Part shown: piece after piece, positions 1-9,294 of the stretch
How the letters are laid out: the number at the start of each line of letters is the position of its first letter
How positions within the stretch are numbered: position 1 is the first letter of the stretch
Virus record (IMG/VR): IMGVR_UViG_2511231131_000006
Span: 1-48,682 of that record
Reading direction: 5' to 3' (one strand)
DNA: 48,682 nucleotides
From: a virus
Lineage: Duplodnaviria; Heunggongvirae; Uroviricota; Caudoviricetes
The notes under the pieces: generated by a model
Seen by the model: only the letters and a program-made list of their open reading frames with translations
Database searches by the model: none
Told to the model about the DNA's origin: nothing
Made by a program: the position numbers and the translations under genes

Positions 1-1284
1 TCAGTGTGGTACATGGATATCGATACCACGGCTAAGTATAAATCTGGTGTTACTACCGTGAAAGACTCGGTACGACTGGATCCGTGGGTGTTTATGTTCT
101 CCGCAGGATATCGTTTTTAATTTTCTCTGCAAAACCTCTGCAAAACTGGTCATCAAATGACCAGTTTTTTTCCATTCCTTACCGCGTGCGTCGTTGTAAA
201 TATCGGTCATTTTTTGATTCGAATGGCCTAGCAAAATTTTGGTATCAACCCCCTGCTCTCTGAACAATCGCTCTGATAAAGATCTCTGCTCATGGAAAGA
301 GGGTGGGGTGCCATTAGCACGCCAGTTGTAATCCACAGAATCCCGGGCTTTTTTAAATGCAACGGTTAATGTTGCTGGCTTAACCATCCCGCCGCGCTTA
401 GCTGTCCCTTTCGCGTGATGGTGGTGCAATAGCCACGGACTAAGAACGCAATCGCGGCAGGATGACACCACATCATCTAGGGTGAGATTTAATTTATCGC
501 AACGCAGAGCCAGAGGGATGGCAATCCGGGTTCCTGTTTTTTGCTGTTCGACATGACGATAACCATCCCGGATATCCGAAAATTGCATTTTGCAAATATC
601 TGAAAGGCGCTGGCCTGTCATCAGTGCCAGCAGCATACCGCGCTGTAAAAAGTAACCATCCTTTTCCGCTGCGTTATAAATCATCATCCACTCATCAAAA
701 GTCAGTCGCTGTCTTGATATCCGCACCTGCGGTTTTTTTGCAGATTCTGCAGGGTTAAAGCCTGGCGGGACATCGCCCGTTTGCTGAGCTTCCCGGAAAA
801 CATCGATCAGTACTTTCCTGAAAATTTGTCCCATTCTGTTATGTCCTCTGGCCTTGTACTCTTCCAGTACTGATACCACATCTTTTACGGTTATGGCATC
901 TAACGGTCTGGTGCCAAAACGTTCATCAAATACCCTGAGAGGGGCCGCTTTCTGTTTCAGCGTGTTGAGTTTGATCTCGCCGTTTTCATATCTTTCCTGT
1001 TGAATTTTTCTGTAATTATTCAGAAAAATGGTAACGGTTGATGAACCGCCGGTATCACTAATAATTTTCTCCTGCAGACTGAGCATTTGTTCCATTTGCT
1101 GCCGGGCAAGACGGCTGTTCGCTTCTGCTGCAATAGTTTCTGCCAGTTTCTGGTCAATACTGCCGAGACCGTGATTTTTGCCTGTTATGGGATGCCTGTA
1201 ACGCCAGTAAACTTTGTTATTTCTTTTGTCAAAATACGGAGATAATCCCGGAACATCGGTTTTATATTTTCGCGGGCGCGCCAT
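1..1284 (-). CDS. int: Tyrosine recombinase / phage integrase (lambda Int family)
   Basis: 427-aa ORF at the prophage left end on the minus strand. It carries lambda-Int-like motifs TGQRLSDICKMQFSDI, FHEQRSLSERLF and LLGHSNQKMTDIYND (candidate catalytic Tyr). The stop codon is at window positions 1-3. Confidence 0.85.
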   Translation of the reverse strand: MARPRKYKTDVPGLSPYFDKRNNKVYWRYRHPITGKNHGLGSIDQKLAETIAAEANSRLARQQMEQMLSLQEKIISDTGGSSTVTIFLNNYRKIQQERYENGEIKLNTLKQKAAPLRVFDERFGTRPLDAITVKDVVSVLEEYKARGHNRMGQIFRKVLIDVFREAQQTGDVPPGFNPAESAKKPQVRISRQRLTFDEWMMIYNAAEKDGYFLQRGMLLALMTGQRLSDICKMQFSDIRDGYRHVEQQKTGTRIAIPLALRCDKLNLTLDDVVSSCRDCVLSPWLLHHHHAKGTAKRGGMVKPATLTVAFKKARDSVDYNWRANGTPPSFHEQRSLSERLFREQGVDTKILLGHSNQKMTDIYNDARGKEWKKTGHLMTSFAEVLQRKLKTISCGEHKHPRIQSYRVFHGSNTRFILSRGIDIHVPH

Positions 1285-1510
1285 CTTCCAGTATCCTCTT
1301 CAAAGCAGGGTGATCTGTGGCGATCACCTCCGGCTTGTTTACCATTCCGACAAAGCGAGCTTGCGGATCCACTCGCCAGCGTCTTCCAACTTTTTTGGGG
1401 AGAGGAAATATCATTCCGGCTTTAGCGTATTTACTTAACGTACTCGGAGTAGGGACCGGTTCACTGAATTCCTCTTTTGCCCACTCAGTGAGCAGAATAA
1501 GTCTTGCCAT
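1262..1510 (-). CDS. xis: Excisionase-like small DNA-binding protein
   Basis: 82-aa basic ORF immediately upstream of int, overlapping its start by 23 nt, which is the usual xis-int arrangement. Confidence 0.55.
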   Translation of the reverse strand: MARLILLTEWAKEEFSEPVPTPSTLSKYAKAGMIFPLPKKVGRRWRVDPQARFVGMVNKPEVIATDHPALKRILEDGAPAKI

Positions 1511-1574
1511 GAGCGTCGTTCGCTAATCATGGTCGCCGCCACTATAGCTGGTGGGCAACGACCGGGGTTGAACA

Positions 1575-4025
1575 TTAAAAATCAGCCTGATTCGGGAGCA
1601 GTTTTTGCCAGATAGTTGAAACGTATTTTGCCTGGTAACGGGCATCATCCAGCGCATTGTGGCGCTCACCTTCGAATGGGATAGCAGTTCTGGCATCGAA
1701 GTCTACGGCTTTCCCCAGCTCAACGATTGTGCGTACATCGCGATCGTTGCAGTAGCGCCACGGGCAGGGGATACCCTGTCGTTCGTATGAACGGCGCAAA
1801 ATAGTGTTGTCGAAGTTGGCCCCATTACCCCAGACCTGAACAAAAAACTCACCGGAGTTTTCGTCGATAAATTCCCGCAATTGCAGTAGTGCATCATCTA
1901 ACGGGATTTCATCGGTCATAATGGCAGACTGCGCTTCACGTGATTGCTTCAGCCACCATTTAATGACGTCACGATCAATGACTCCGCCAGCAGTATCCAG
2001 ATCGATGGTCTTGCTAAATTCTGGTCCCATATCTCCGGTTTGCGGATCGAAAAATATTGCGCCTATTGAGATAATCGGGGCATCGGGATTTTTTCCCATG
2101 GTTTCAAGGTCGATCATCAGATGAATCCCCGCTCTGCTGGTGGATGTGAGATTATGATGACTGTTCGCCTTAATTAAGGGATCTGACGCCTCGCCAGTTT
2201 CACTATCGCTGGCATGATGCTGATTGCCGCCAGTGTTCTCCTTGTGCTGATGTGCAGTACCTTCCATTTCCTCCGGATCATTTTCCTGAACTTCAGGCTG
2301 ATTCTCTTCATCGAATATTTCCTGGTATGTTGCGTCGCCCATCACCGCGCCACAATCAGGGCAGTTGCCGCCGCCGGTCTGACCGCAGGCGGTGCAGACT
2401 TTTTCCACTTCCTGTTGCGCCACTGGTTCAGGCTGTTTCGTTTCTGGCTCGTTTTGTAACGCATTTGGGCTGTTCTGTTCCGTTTCTTGCTGGTTCTGGT
2501 TCACAGAATCGCGGGTTTCAATCCCCTTCACCCATTTCGGATCATTCGGGTCGCTAATCCCTGCAACAAATTCACCACGTGATGCGGCGAGCAACTGATT
2601 GGCGTCAGGCTGGCTGATATTGGCTGCCTGCATAATTTTCTTTACTTCGTCAGCGGTAACTTTTACCGGTTCTGGTTGTTCAGAATTTTGTGCGGTATTT
2701 GCATTTTGCGGTAAGCCTGTGTATGTGCCATTTTTTCGGGCAAAATATTCTTCTTTTGTGATTTCAGTAGCCCCGGCAGCCAGCGCCTTATCCAGACCAG
2801 AAAGTTTGTTTGCGCGACCGTATTTTTCGCAATCCTTGTCGGTGAAGAGGAAGTAGAACGGCCCCTCACGCTCTACAGATGGTTCGACTTCCACTTTGCA
2901 TTCGGTTTTTTCGTTGTCCGGAATTGCCGTTTCCACTGCATCAGTTTCTGGTACTGGCGACGAGAGAGTGTCAGTTGCGCTCTGATTTGTTCCTTCATCT
3001 TCAAACACGCCCTTTGTAGTCAGGTATTCAGTAATGTATTTGTTCAGTGCCACAGGGTCTTTGTGAATGTCGATCGGACGTTCACGGACAAGGCCAAAAA
3101 TAGTCTGGCGGTCGTAGCGAAGGGCATCAGGCTGTTTGCGCATTGATGCCGAGATACGCTTCCAGTCTTCGCGGTCGTTGTCGATAACTTCATTTTTTGC
3201 CCAGCGATGGATGCTGCCGTCAATGTTTCCGGCATCCACATCACCAGGCCAGAGAGCGTAGGCCAGTTCGTCATCCAGTGTTTTCCATGTCTGCTTATAT
3301 TCGCGACGAATGACTGCAGTGACAGGGGGGATTTTTTCTGCTGAGTTTTCAGTGTGCTGTCGGTGGACTCTGGCGCGGGCGAGATCAACAACAGACGTGT
3401 ATTTTCCGGTTTCCTTGCGTTCACCTTCGCGACGTTTTTTCCAGATGCGCATTTCTGCCTGAATTTCGGGCCATTTGGCACCAGGCTTACATTTATGCTT
3501 AACCCACCCGATGGCATGCAGCTTAAGCTCCGGATACATGGCGTTAACTTCTGGCATTTTCATCAACGCTTCAACGATATGTCCGTCGAATGTTGCCATG
3601 TCTTCCTGCAACAATTCCTGCGCGCTAATCACCATATCAACGGTGATGTTTTCACATGTGTCGAACTTAACCATGACAGCGTTCTGTACTTCAGGGGCCA
3701 GCTTGTCAAAAGCGACGTTCATCGGATCTGATTCAGTCTCAACCGGGACAAAGGAAGCAGCCCCCTCATCCCAGCGGTTTTCCTGCATATATTCAGCATC
3801 CCAGGAATCGAGGGCAGGGCGGGGTATACCGGGTTTATCCTCGCAAACAAGAAATTTATAAGCGCAGTCCTGAGCAGCCGGATAATGCTCCAGGAATTGC
3901 CAGTGAAATTTTGCGCGGGCGCGACGTTCATCACCGGCTTCAATGGCAGTGGCTACAGCGACTGCACCTTCTTCCTTTATTGCCTGTTCGTCCGGAATGG
4001 CGGCGCAAATAAAGACTTTACTCAT
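1575..4025 (-). CDS. Large early-region exonuclease with C-terminal DnaQ-like (DEDDh) 3'-5' exonuclease domain
   Basis: 816-aa ORF. The C-terminal ~190 aa has exo motifs IDLETMG (Exo I), VWGNGANFD (Exo II) and HNALDDARYQA (Exo III). The middle is acidic and Gln-rich low complexity with a CTACGQTGGGNCPDCG zinc-ribbon-like motif. Confidence 0.6.
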   Translation of the reverse strand: MSKVFICAAIPDEQAIKEEGAVAVATAIEAGDERRARAKFHWQFLEHYPAAQDCAYKFLVCEDKPGIPRPALDSWDAEYMQENRWDEGAASFVPVETESDPMNVAFDKLAPEVQNAVMVKFDTCENITVDMVISAQELLQEDMATFDGHIVEALMKMPEVNAMYPELKLHAIGWVKHKCKPGAKWPEIQAEMRIWKKRREGERKETGKYTSVVDLARARVHRQHTENSAEKIPPVTAVIRREYKQTWKTLDDELAYALWPGDVDAGNIDGSIHRWAKNEVIDNDREDWKRISASMRKQPDALRYDRQTIFGLVRERPIDIHKDPVALNKYITEYLTTKGVFEDEGTNQSATDTLSSPVPETDAVETAIPDNEKTECKVEVEPSVEREGPFYFLFTDKDCEKYGRANKLSGLDKALAAGATEITKEEYFARKNGTYTGLPQNANTAQNSEQPEPVKVTADEVKKIMQAANISQPDANQLLAASRGEFVAGISDPNDPKWVKGIETRDSVNQNQQETEQNSPNALQNEPETKQPEPVAQQEVEKVCTACGQTGGGNCPDCGAVMGDATYQEIFDEENQPEVQENDPEEMEGTAHQHKENTGGNQHHASDSETGEASDPLIKANSHHNLTSTSRAGIHLMIDLETMGKNPDAPIISIGAIFFDPQTGDMGPEFSKTIDLDTAGGVIDRDVIKWWLKQSREAQSAIMTDEIPLDDALLQLREFIDENSGEFFVQVWGNGANFDNTILRRSYERQGIPCPWRYCNDRDVRTIVELGKAVDFDARTAIPFEGERHNALDDARYQAKYVSTIWQKLLPNQADF

Positions 4026-4117
4026 TTTGTTTTACCTCATTACAGATTTAAGGGTGAACAAATCCCTGCCATTGCTGGCATATAAGAATGAAATCGGATG
4101 TTTATTACGGAACTGTT

Positions 4118-4309
4118 TTAAAGACCTGCCGGGATTTCGTTATTATCCTGGTGAATAACTTTATCGACCGGGTAACAGTTACCGGGAATTTTCTGTTCGG
4201 TTGCTGCAGTCACACACTCCTGCATTGTCCTGTGAACACTGACTGCAATATCAACTGGCTCTCCGGAAACAAGAAAAACTGTCAGAACAAGTGCAAATGC
4301 TGTATTCAT
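4118..4309 (-). CDS. Hypothetical small protein with hydrophobic N-terminus (signal or TM like)
   Basis: 63-aa ORF from an internal ATG, MNTAFALVLTVFLVSG... Its start overlaps the stop of the upstream ORF (ATGA on the minus strand). Confidence 0.3.
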   Translation of the reverse strand: MNTAFALVLTVFLVSGEPVDIAVSVHRTMQECVTAATEQKIPGNCYPVDKVIHQDNNEIPAGL

Positions 4310-4599
4310 TGCCAGCATCCTTTTTGTATCGGACGTAAACGGGCCAGCATTGAAAGAATGCATATTTTATTTAATAACTCCCGTTCGTGTTTTCTCTTGT
4401 TAATGGCATCTTCAGTAAATACAGGGTTACTGATAGTGACACCAATTTCAAAACAACCTTCAGACGTATTAACGTTTGGTAATAACGTTTCCATTATCGC
4501 GTCCTCAACAATGAATTTTGTGATGCGGTGCCTGGTGCCTCCAGGTGACGTTAACCAGTTAACAATTAACGCCGGATACAGTGAATCCCCCCATAACAC
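4306..4599 (-). CDS. Hypothetical small protein (start uncertain)
   Basis: 97-aa ORF. An internal start METLLPNV... at 4494 has a GAGGA Shine-Dalgarno. Translationally coupled to the downstream small ORF. Confidence 0.3.
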   Translation of the reverse strand: MLWGDSLYPALIVNWLTSPGGTRHRITKFIVEDAIMETLLPNVNTSEGCFEIGVTISNPVFTEDAINKRKHERELLNKICILSMLARLRPIQKGCWQ

Positions 4600-5052
4600 T
4601 GTTTTTAGCTTTAACTGTTCCGCGTGCGCTTAGCCGCATTCACTGCATCACAAAATTCACTTTAAAAAGGGCGGACATCAGTTCATGGGCAAACAGATGC
4701 CGCCAAACGTCACCAGAAAATTGATAACAGAGGGCGTTGCAGCGGGGTTGTCACTTAAGCGTATGGTCAACCTGACAACCCGGTGTCCTCAACGGGGAAG
4801 GAATAACCCCGCCATACTTACCGCTGCGCCATTTCGCGGAGTGCCACAACCGGAAGCGCACGGTCGACGAAAATTTAACGACAGGCTATCTATGAACCAG
4901 CAACCTCGCCGTGCGCTTTCGCGTTATGCTCTGACTTTTCAGAGAAATATCCTTTCAGTAAACTGTCAGTGCCGGATGTTCACCCGTGTCCGGCGCACGC
5001 ACTCCACTTCACCCGTGGAGAACTCCTTAATTACCAACCCTCAGGAGGGTGA

Positions 5053-5286
5053 ATGTTAAAATCAACTCTTATTGCTAAATGCCTTTATCAAAATCGCATG
5101 GTAAGCAGCATTTCAATAGGCGAGTCTGCAGTTAAAAGTATTTTCGAAGAGTACTTTCCCGGGCATGATTTTAATAAATGGAATACCAAATTACCGCCAG
5201 CAGTTTCAACGCGTATTCTGAAAGCAACCGAAAGAGCAAGTACAATTCGCGTTAACTATTTCATTAAAGATTTGTGGGATCTTTGA
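5053..5286 (+). CDS. Hypothetical protein
   Basis: 77-aa ORF preceded by a strong AGGAGG Shine-Dalgarno sequence a few nt upstream of the ATG. No recognisable motifs. Confidence 0.3.
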   Translation: MLKSTLIAKCLYQNRMVSSISIGESAVKSIFEEYFPGHDFNKWNTKLPPAVSTRILKATERASTIRVNYFIKDLWDL

Positions 5287-5671
5287 TATCCACAGAGCCT
5301 AAAGTATGTGCATATGGATGTGCTATTATGCGCCCTCGCAGATTTGCATCATTTTCTAAATTCACTGAACGAAACAGGGCATCAACAAGGCTCTGTACAA
5401 TGCAAAGGCAATCGAAGACTGTCGCCGTTTCTGTTTTGATTGATGAAAGAACATGGCCATTCACGCAAACAGAAATTACCCGTTTATTAACATCGCTTTC
5501 CTGCTTTTGATTATCAGAACCATATAGCCCAGAAAAAGCATTGCGCACATTACGAACCATATTATCGATGGTTTCTTTTTCTGCGGTACTAAGGTCAAGA
5601 GTAGCCAGTTGTGAACGAACTATATTCGATGCCATTTCCTGTAATGGCGTTGGTAAATCTTTAAATTCCAT
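5264..5671 (-). CDS. Hypothetical early-region protein
   Basis: 135-aa ORF in the leftward early operon. No recognisable motifs. Confidence 0.4.
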   Translation of the reverse strand: MEFKDLPTPLQEMASNIVRSQLATLDLSTAEKETIDNMVRNVRNAFSGLYGSDNQKQESDVNKRVISVCVNGHVLSSIKTETATVFDCLCIVQSLVDALFRSVNLENDANLRGRIIAHPYAHTLGSVDIKDPTNL

Positions 5672-5693
5672 TATTAGCCTCGTTGGTTAGCTA

Positions 5694-5912
5694 TTAACGT
5701 GGGTATGTAATCATTCTGGCAATGCTTAATGCCGCTGCTTTTTCCAGATTGGTGATATCCTGCTCCAGAGCGGACAGATTTTCAGCCTGCTTAGCCCTGG
5801 CTTCATTGGCCCATTTCAGGTCCTGCACCGCCTTAATTTTCTGGTGCATCCACTCATAAAGTTCATCATCGGTATAGTCTGGCGCGATGATGACGGGGTC
5901 TCGTTTCTGCAT
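5694..5912 (-). CDS. Hypothetical early-region protein
   Basis: 72-aa ORF co-oriented with the neighbouring early genes. Confidence 0.4.
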   Translation of the reverse strand: MQKRDPVIIAPDYTDDELYEWMHQKIKAVQDLKWANEARAKQAENLSALEQDITNLEKAAALSIARMITYPR

Positions 5913-5984
5913 GTCGGCTCCTTGTGGTTAGCGTTGCCTGCTTTTTAACCACGTCAGGCGAGGTGGTATCCTCTGAGGGGTCTG

Positions 5985-6341
5985 TTACTCGAGAGGAAAT
6001 TGGTTATGAATACAATCAAGTTTTCTTGCCCAGAATGTGGTGGCTAAGTCTTTGACACATCCTTTAAGCCGCAGGGCTCTGACAGTTTCGCGGGAGCCAT
6101 CTGCAAAAATTGTGGTCACCTTGTAACTGAAGATGAGTCCTCGCAGTTCGATGACGAAATCGTTGACAATATCTTCGGTGCACTCACCAGAGACTTTCTG
6201 AAGTAAAGGCGCATACCGCTTAGTTACCGCTCTGATAACTCTTACCTGTCCGGCAATGGCGCTGATATCAATATAAAGCGCCATCGCTGTTTCTTTGCTG
6301 ATCCCTGGACGCCTTCCATTCTGATGTTTGACTTCGCCCAC
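5985..6341 (-). CDS. Hypothetical protein at the position of an early antiterminator or Kil-like gene
   Basis: 118-aa ORF with a GTG start, AGAGGA ribosome-binding site and Arg-rich N-terminus (NGRRPG). It is the first gene leftward of the repressor gene. It does not resemble lambda N by eye. Confidence 0.3.
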   Translation of the reverse strand: MGEVKHQNGRRPGISKETAMALYIDISAIAGQVRVIRAVTKRYAPLLQKVSGECTEDIVNDFVIELRGLIFSYKVTTIFADGSRETVRALRLKGCVKDLATTFWARKLDCIHNQFPLE

Positions 6342-6548
6342 TGAGAAATCCTCTGCTTCCCCTTAACGCCGGGTAGCGGAACTGTTTGCTGAGAACACCG
6401 TGCGGTGTCTTGATGAGTAGAATTTAGAATAGCCTAAGAGTTATGGTCAAGCTTTTTGTGTAGAAAAACCTAAGCTTCTTGATGTAAAAAACACAAGTAT
6501 TTGAAAGTTTGTGCTTTTTATTACAGAGAGTTGCGAAAAAAAGGGGGG

Positions 6549-6956
6549 TTATTTATTTGCGCTTCTTTTGCGAGCTTTGAGTAGTTCTTCAAAAAGTTTG
6601 TTGAAATTCTCAACTCGAGCACGCATCTCTGACAACAGAGCCTTTTGCTCTGACTCAGGCAGTGCGTCGAACAGTTGAAGCAACTCTTTTTGATCTTCTG
6701 TCAGATTGACTGGCTGATTATCTGGGATCGGTTCGCCTGGTTGCTTATCTTCATCTCCAAAAAGAAGCCAAGTCGGCGAGCACTGAAGCGCCTGGCTCAG
6801 TGCGAATAATCTCTTCCCCGCTGGCTGTGTTTCATCTCTTTCCCATTGAGAAATTGTTACGTGAGCCACTTTGACCAGCTTACCTAATGCGGCCTGAGAC
6901 AGTTTTAATTTTTTTCGCCTGTATAAGAGGCGAGCACCGAAGGTTTCGTTTTTCAT
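6549..6956 (-). CDS. Phage repressor, XRE-family HTH (cI / RacR / DicA-like)
   Basis: 135-aa ORF with a helix-turn-helix motif LSQAALGKLVKVAHVTISQWERDE, divergent from a Cro-like gene across a 76-bp region. Confidence 0.7.
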   Translation of the reverse strand: MKNETFGARLLYRRKKLKLSQAALGKLVKVAHVTISQWERDETQPAGKRLFALSQALQCSPTWLLFGDEDKQPGEPIPDNQPVNLTEDQKELLQLFDALPESEQKALLSEMRARVENFNKLFEELLKARKRSANK

Positions 6957-7032
6957 ATTAGGTAATTCTAATTTTTCTTGACTTAGGTTTCTCTACGATC
7001 TAGTTTCCTTAGGAAAATCTAAGGGGTTCGAT
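6957..7032. promoter_or_regulatory. Divergent promoter / operator region (OR-like) between repressor and Cro-like gene
   Basis: 76-bp AT-rich gap containing TTGACT and a palindrome CCTTAG-GAAAAT-CTAAGG. Further CTAAG half-sites lie in the presumptive OL region at 6420-6480. Confidence 0.4.
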
Positions 7033-7260
7033 ATGTTGAAAATTGATGCTATAGCGTTTTTTGGCAGCAAAACAAAGCTTGCCAATGTCGCAGGAGTTAG
7101 GCTGGCAAGCGTTGCTGCATGGGGGGAACTGGTTCCTGAAGGTCGCGCGATGCGCCTGCAAGAGGCATCCGGCGGGGAACTTCAGTACGACCCCAAAGTT
7201 TATGACGAATATCGTAAGGCAAAGCGGGCGGGGCGGTTGAACAATGAAAATCACCACTGA
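7033..7260 (+). CDS. Cro-like regulator (YdaS-type)
   Basis: 75-aa ORF divergent from the repressor, with AAGGGG ribosome-binding site, at the first position of the rightward operon. Confidence 0.55.
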   Translation: MLKIDAIAFFGSKTKLANVAGVRLASVAAWGELVPEGRAMRLQEASGGELQYDPKVYDEYRKAKRAGRLNNENHH

Positions 7261-7795
7261 ACAGGTTTGTGAGGCTCTGGATACCTGGGTATGCCGACCA
7301 GGAATGACACAGGAGCAGGCGACGATATTAATCACGGAAGCATTCTGGGCTCTGAAAGAACGCCCGAACATCGATGTTCAACGCGTCACGTTTAATGATG
7401 GCGAGGTTGATCAACGGGCGCTGGGCGTTAACCGGGTGAAGATATTCGAACGCTGGAAAGCTATCGACACCAGAGATAAGCGTGACAAATTCACGGCGCT
7501 GATTCCGGCAATTATGGAGGCTATCCGGATCAGCGATTTCAGATTGTATTGTGAAATTACTGACGGAAAAAGCATTACGTACATGATCGCCGGGTTAAAC
7601 AAAGAATATGGCGATGTGGTGGAGTCCGGGCTGCTTTTTGCGGATCCAGTTGTTGTGGAACGTGAGACTGACGAGCTTATAGAAAAAGCTATTGCTTTCA
7701 AGCACGCGTATCGTCAGCAATACCAATATTACTTTGCAGATAAACAAATGTCTGCCAGGGGTTCGTATGAGTATCGATGCACTACGATGGGCTAA
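7244..7795 (+). CDS. YdaT-like protein (cII-position gene of Rac-type prophages)
   Basis: 183-aa ORF. Position and an N-terminal MKIxxEQ...W pattern recall YdaT, from memory only. Confidence 0.4.
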   Translation: MKITTEQVCEALDTWVCRPGMTQEQATILITEAFWALKERPNIDVQRVTFNDGEVDQRALGVNRVKIFERWKAIDTRDKRDKFTALIPAIMEAIRISDFRLYCEITDGKSITYMIAGLNKEYGDVVESGLLFADPVVVERETDELIEKAIAFKHAYRQQYQYYFADKQMSARGSYEYRCTTMG

Positions 7796-8807
7796 AAAGG
7801 TGAAAACCGGCAGTTCATCCAGTAAGTCAGTATTGACCTGGCTTGCTGATATGTGCGGTGCCGATTTGTGTGCATACCCGTCTGTATCTGCACTGGCAGA
7901 AGTAACGGAACTGAACAAAAAGACTGTGCAGGACAGCTTACGACACCTGATGGAGATTGGGTTAATTGTTGATACCGGTGAGAGAAAAGGCAGAACAAAG
8001 CAAATTGTGGTGTACCGACTTATCGGTGTAGAAGAAAGTGTTGCCGAGCCTGAATACACCCAAAAACGGGAGTCTTTAAAGGTGGGTAAAATTGGTGCTG
8101 TTAATAAAAACAGTACCGAAAATGGTTATGTTTCAGCACAAAACAGACCCAAAAACAGAACTCTTAGCTGCATGGAAAATAACCAAAGACACCCAAATTT
8201 TCCATCAAAGACACCCAAAAACGGATCACGGAACCCAAAGGAACCCAAAGATCTAAACCCCACACATAACGCACGCGAGAGTGCTCCGACCAGTGAGCAG
8301 GAAGTTTTGTCGTTACAGGCAGCCCCCCCTGTATTCCTGTATGGCCTGAGCGAACCCATCGGAAAATTCCCGATGAGCGATAGCTGGTATCCGTCACGGG
8401 ATTTTCGACGACGGGCTGCGTTGTGGGGGATGGCTTTGCCGGAGACAGAATTTACACCTGCTGAACTTGCCGCCTTCCGGGACTACTGGGCAGCGGAGGG
8501 GAAAGTGTTTACGCAGATTCAGTGGGAGCAGAAATTCGCCCGTCACGTAAATCACGTCAGGGCGCAGGTTAAACCAGTCAGCAAAGGGGTAAACCATGCA
8601 GCAGCACCAGGTGGCACCGCATCACGGGCAGTTCAGGAAATTCGGGCAGCACGTGAGCAGTGGGAACGTGAAAACGGATTTATCAGCGACGGAAACGGCC
8701 TGGAAGCTGTGGGAACTCATGGGGGTGGTTTATTCGAACCGCTGGATCCAGAAGAACGGGGCCGCACCTTCGAAGCTCTGGATTGCACAGATTGGCGCGA
8801 TGACTGA
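7767..8807 (+). CDS. Replication initiation protein (N-terminal HTH, C-terminal DnaT-like domain; O-like)
   Basis: From the internal ATG at 7767, MSIDALRWAKK... N-terminal winged-HTH-like segment and a C-terminal region FTPAELAAFRDYWAAEGKVFTQIQWEQKFARHV typical of DnaT-like replication proteins. Confidence 0.6.
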   Translation: MSIDALRWAKKVKTGSSSSKSVLTWLADMCGADLCAYPSVSALAEVTELNKKTVQDSLRHLMEIGLIVDTGERKGRTKQIVVYRLIGVEESVAEPEYTQKRESLKVGKIGAVNKNSTENGYVSAQNRPKNRTLSCMENNQRHPNFPSKTPKNGSRNPKEPKDLNPTHNARESAPTSEQEVLSLQAAPPVFLYGLSEPIGKFPMSDSWYPSRDFRRRAALWGMALPETEFTPAELAAFRDYWAAEGKVFTQIQWEQKFARHVNHVRAQVKPVSKGVNHAAAPGGTASRAVQEIRAAREQWERENGFISDGNGLEAVGTHGGGLFEPLDPEERGRTFEALDCTDWRDD

Positions 8808-9261
8808 GCAGCAAATCCGGCAGGTCTGCCGCCAGTGCATGGACCGCTGCCGGGCGGGTGAAACATGGCCTCCGGACCTGGCTGAGTTTGTGGCACTGAT
8901 TTCGAAAAGCGGAGCCAATCCATTCGGTCTGACGGTGGATGCTGTGATGGAGGAGTACCGCCGCTGGCGCAATGAGTCCTGGCGATACGACGGAAGTGAT
9001 AAGTACCCGTGGTCTCAGTCTGTGCTGTATCACATTTGCCTCGAGATGCGTTCAAAGGGGATTGAGCGCCAGATGACCGAAGGGGAATTAAAACGGCTTG
9101 CAGAACGGCAACTGACGAAATGGGCAAAGCATGTTAGTAACGGCCTGAGCGTTCCGCCAGTCCGGCGACAACTGGCGGCCCCCAAACGCCCGTCGGGGCC
9201 AACGCCAATTGAGTTGCTGAAACAGGAATATGAACGCCGGAAAGCGGCTGGTTTTGTTTGA
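8719..9261 (+). CDS. Replication protein P-like (helicase loader)
   Basis: C-terminal half aligns by eye with lambda P (DKYPWSQSVLYHICLEMR / TEGELKRLAERQL versus lambda ESYPWKSNAHYWLVTNL / TDAELRRKAADEL). Alternative upstream start at 8596; the 5' end overlaps the O-like gene. Confidence 0.6.
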   Translation: MGVVYSNRWIQKNGAAPSKLWIAQIGAMTEQQIRQVCRQCMDRCRAGETWPPDLAEFVALISKSGANPFGLTVDAVMEEYRRWRNESWRYDGSDKYPWSQSVLYHICLEMRSKGIERQMTEGELKRLAERQLTKWAKHVSNGLSVPPVRRQLAAPKRPSGPTPIELLKQEYERRKAAGFV

Positions 9262-9294
9262 GTTGAGAAGTGATTTTTTACCGGGAGGAAATTT

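Noticed and set aside
2214-3861. Several plus-strand ORFs of 60-160 aa
   Set aside because: All lie inside the well-supported minus-strand exonuclease gene and have Cys/Ser/Pro-rich nonsense-like translations.
4088-4633. 181-aa plus-strand Cys-rich ORF
   Set aside because: It is antisense to the translationally coupled small ORF pair, with no ribosome-binding site and an implausible composition.
7009-8059. Minus-strand ORFs of 96-154 aa (7009-7371, 7411-7701, 7595-8059)
   Set aside because: They are antisense to the Cro-like, YdaT-like and O-like genes, which have better synteny and motif support.
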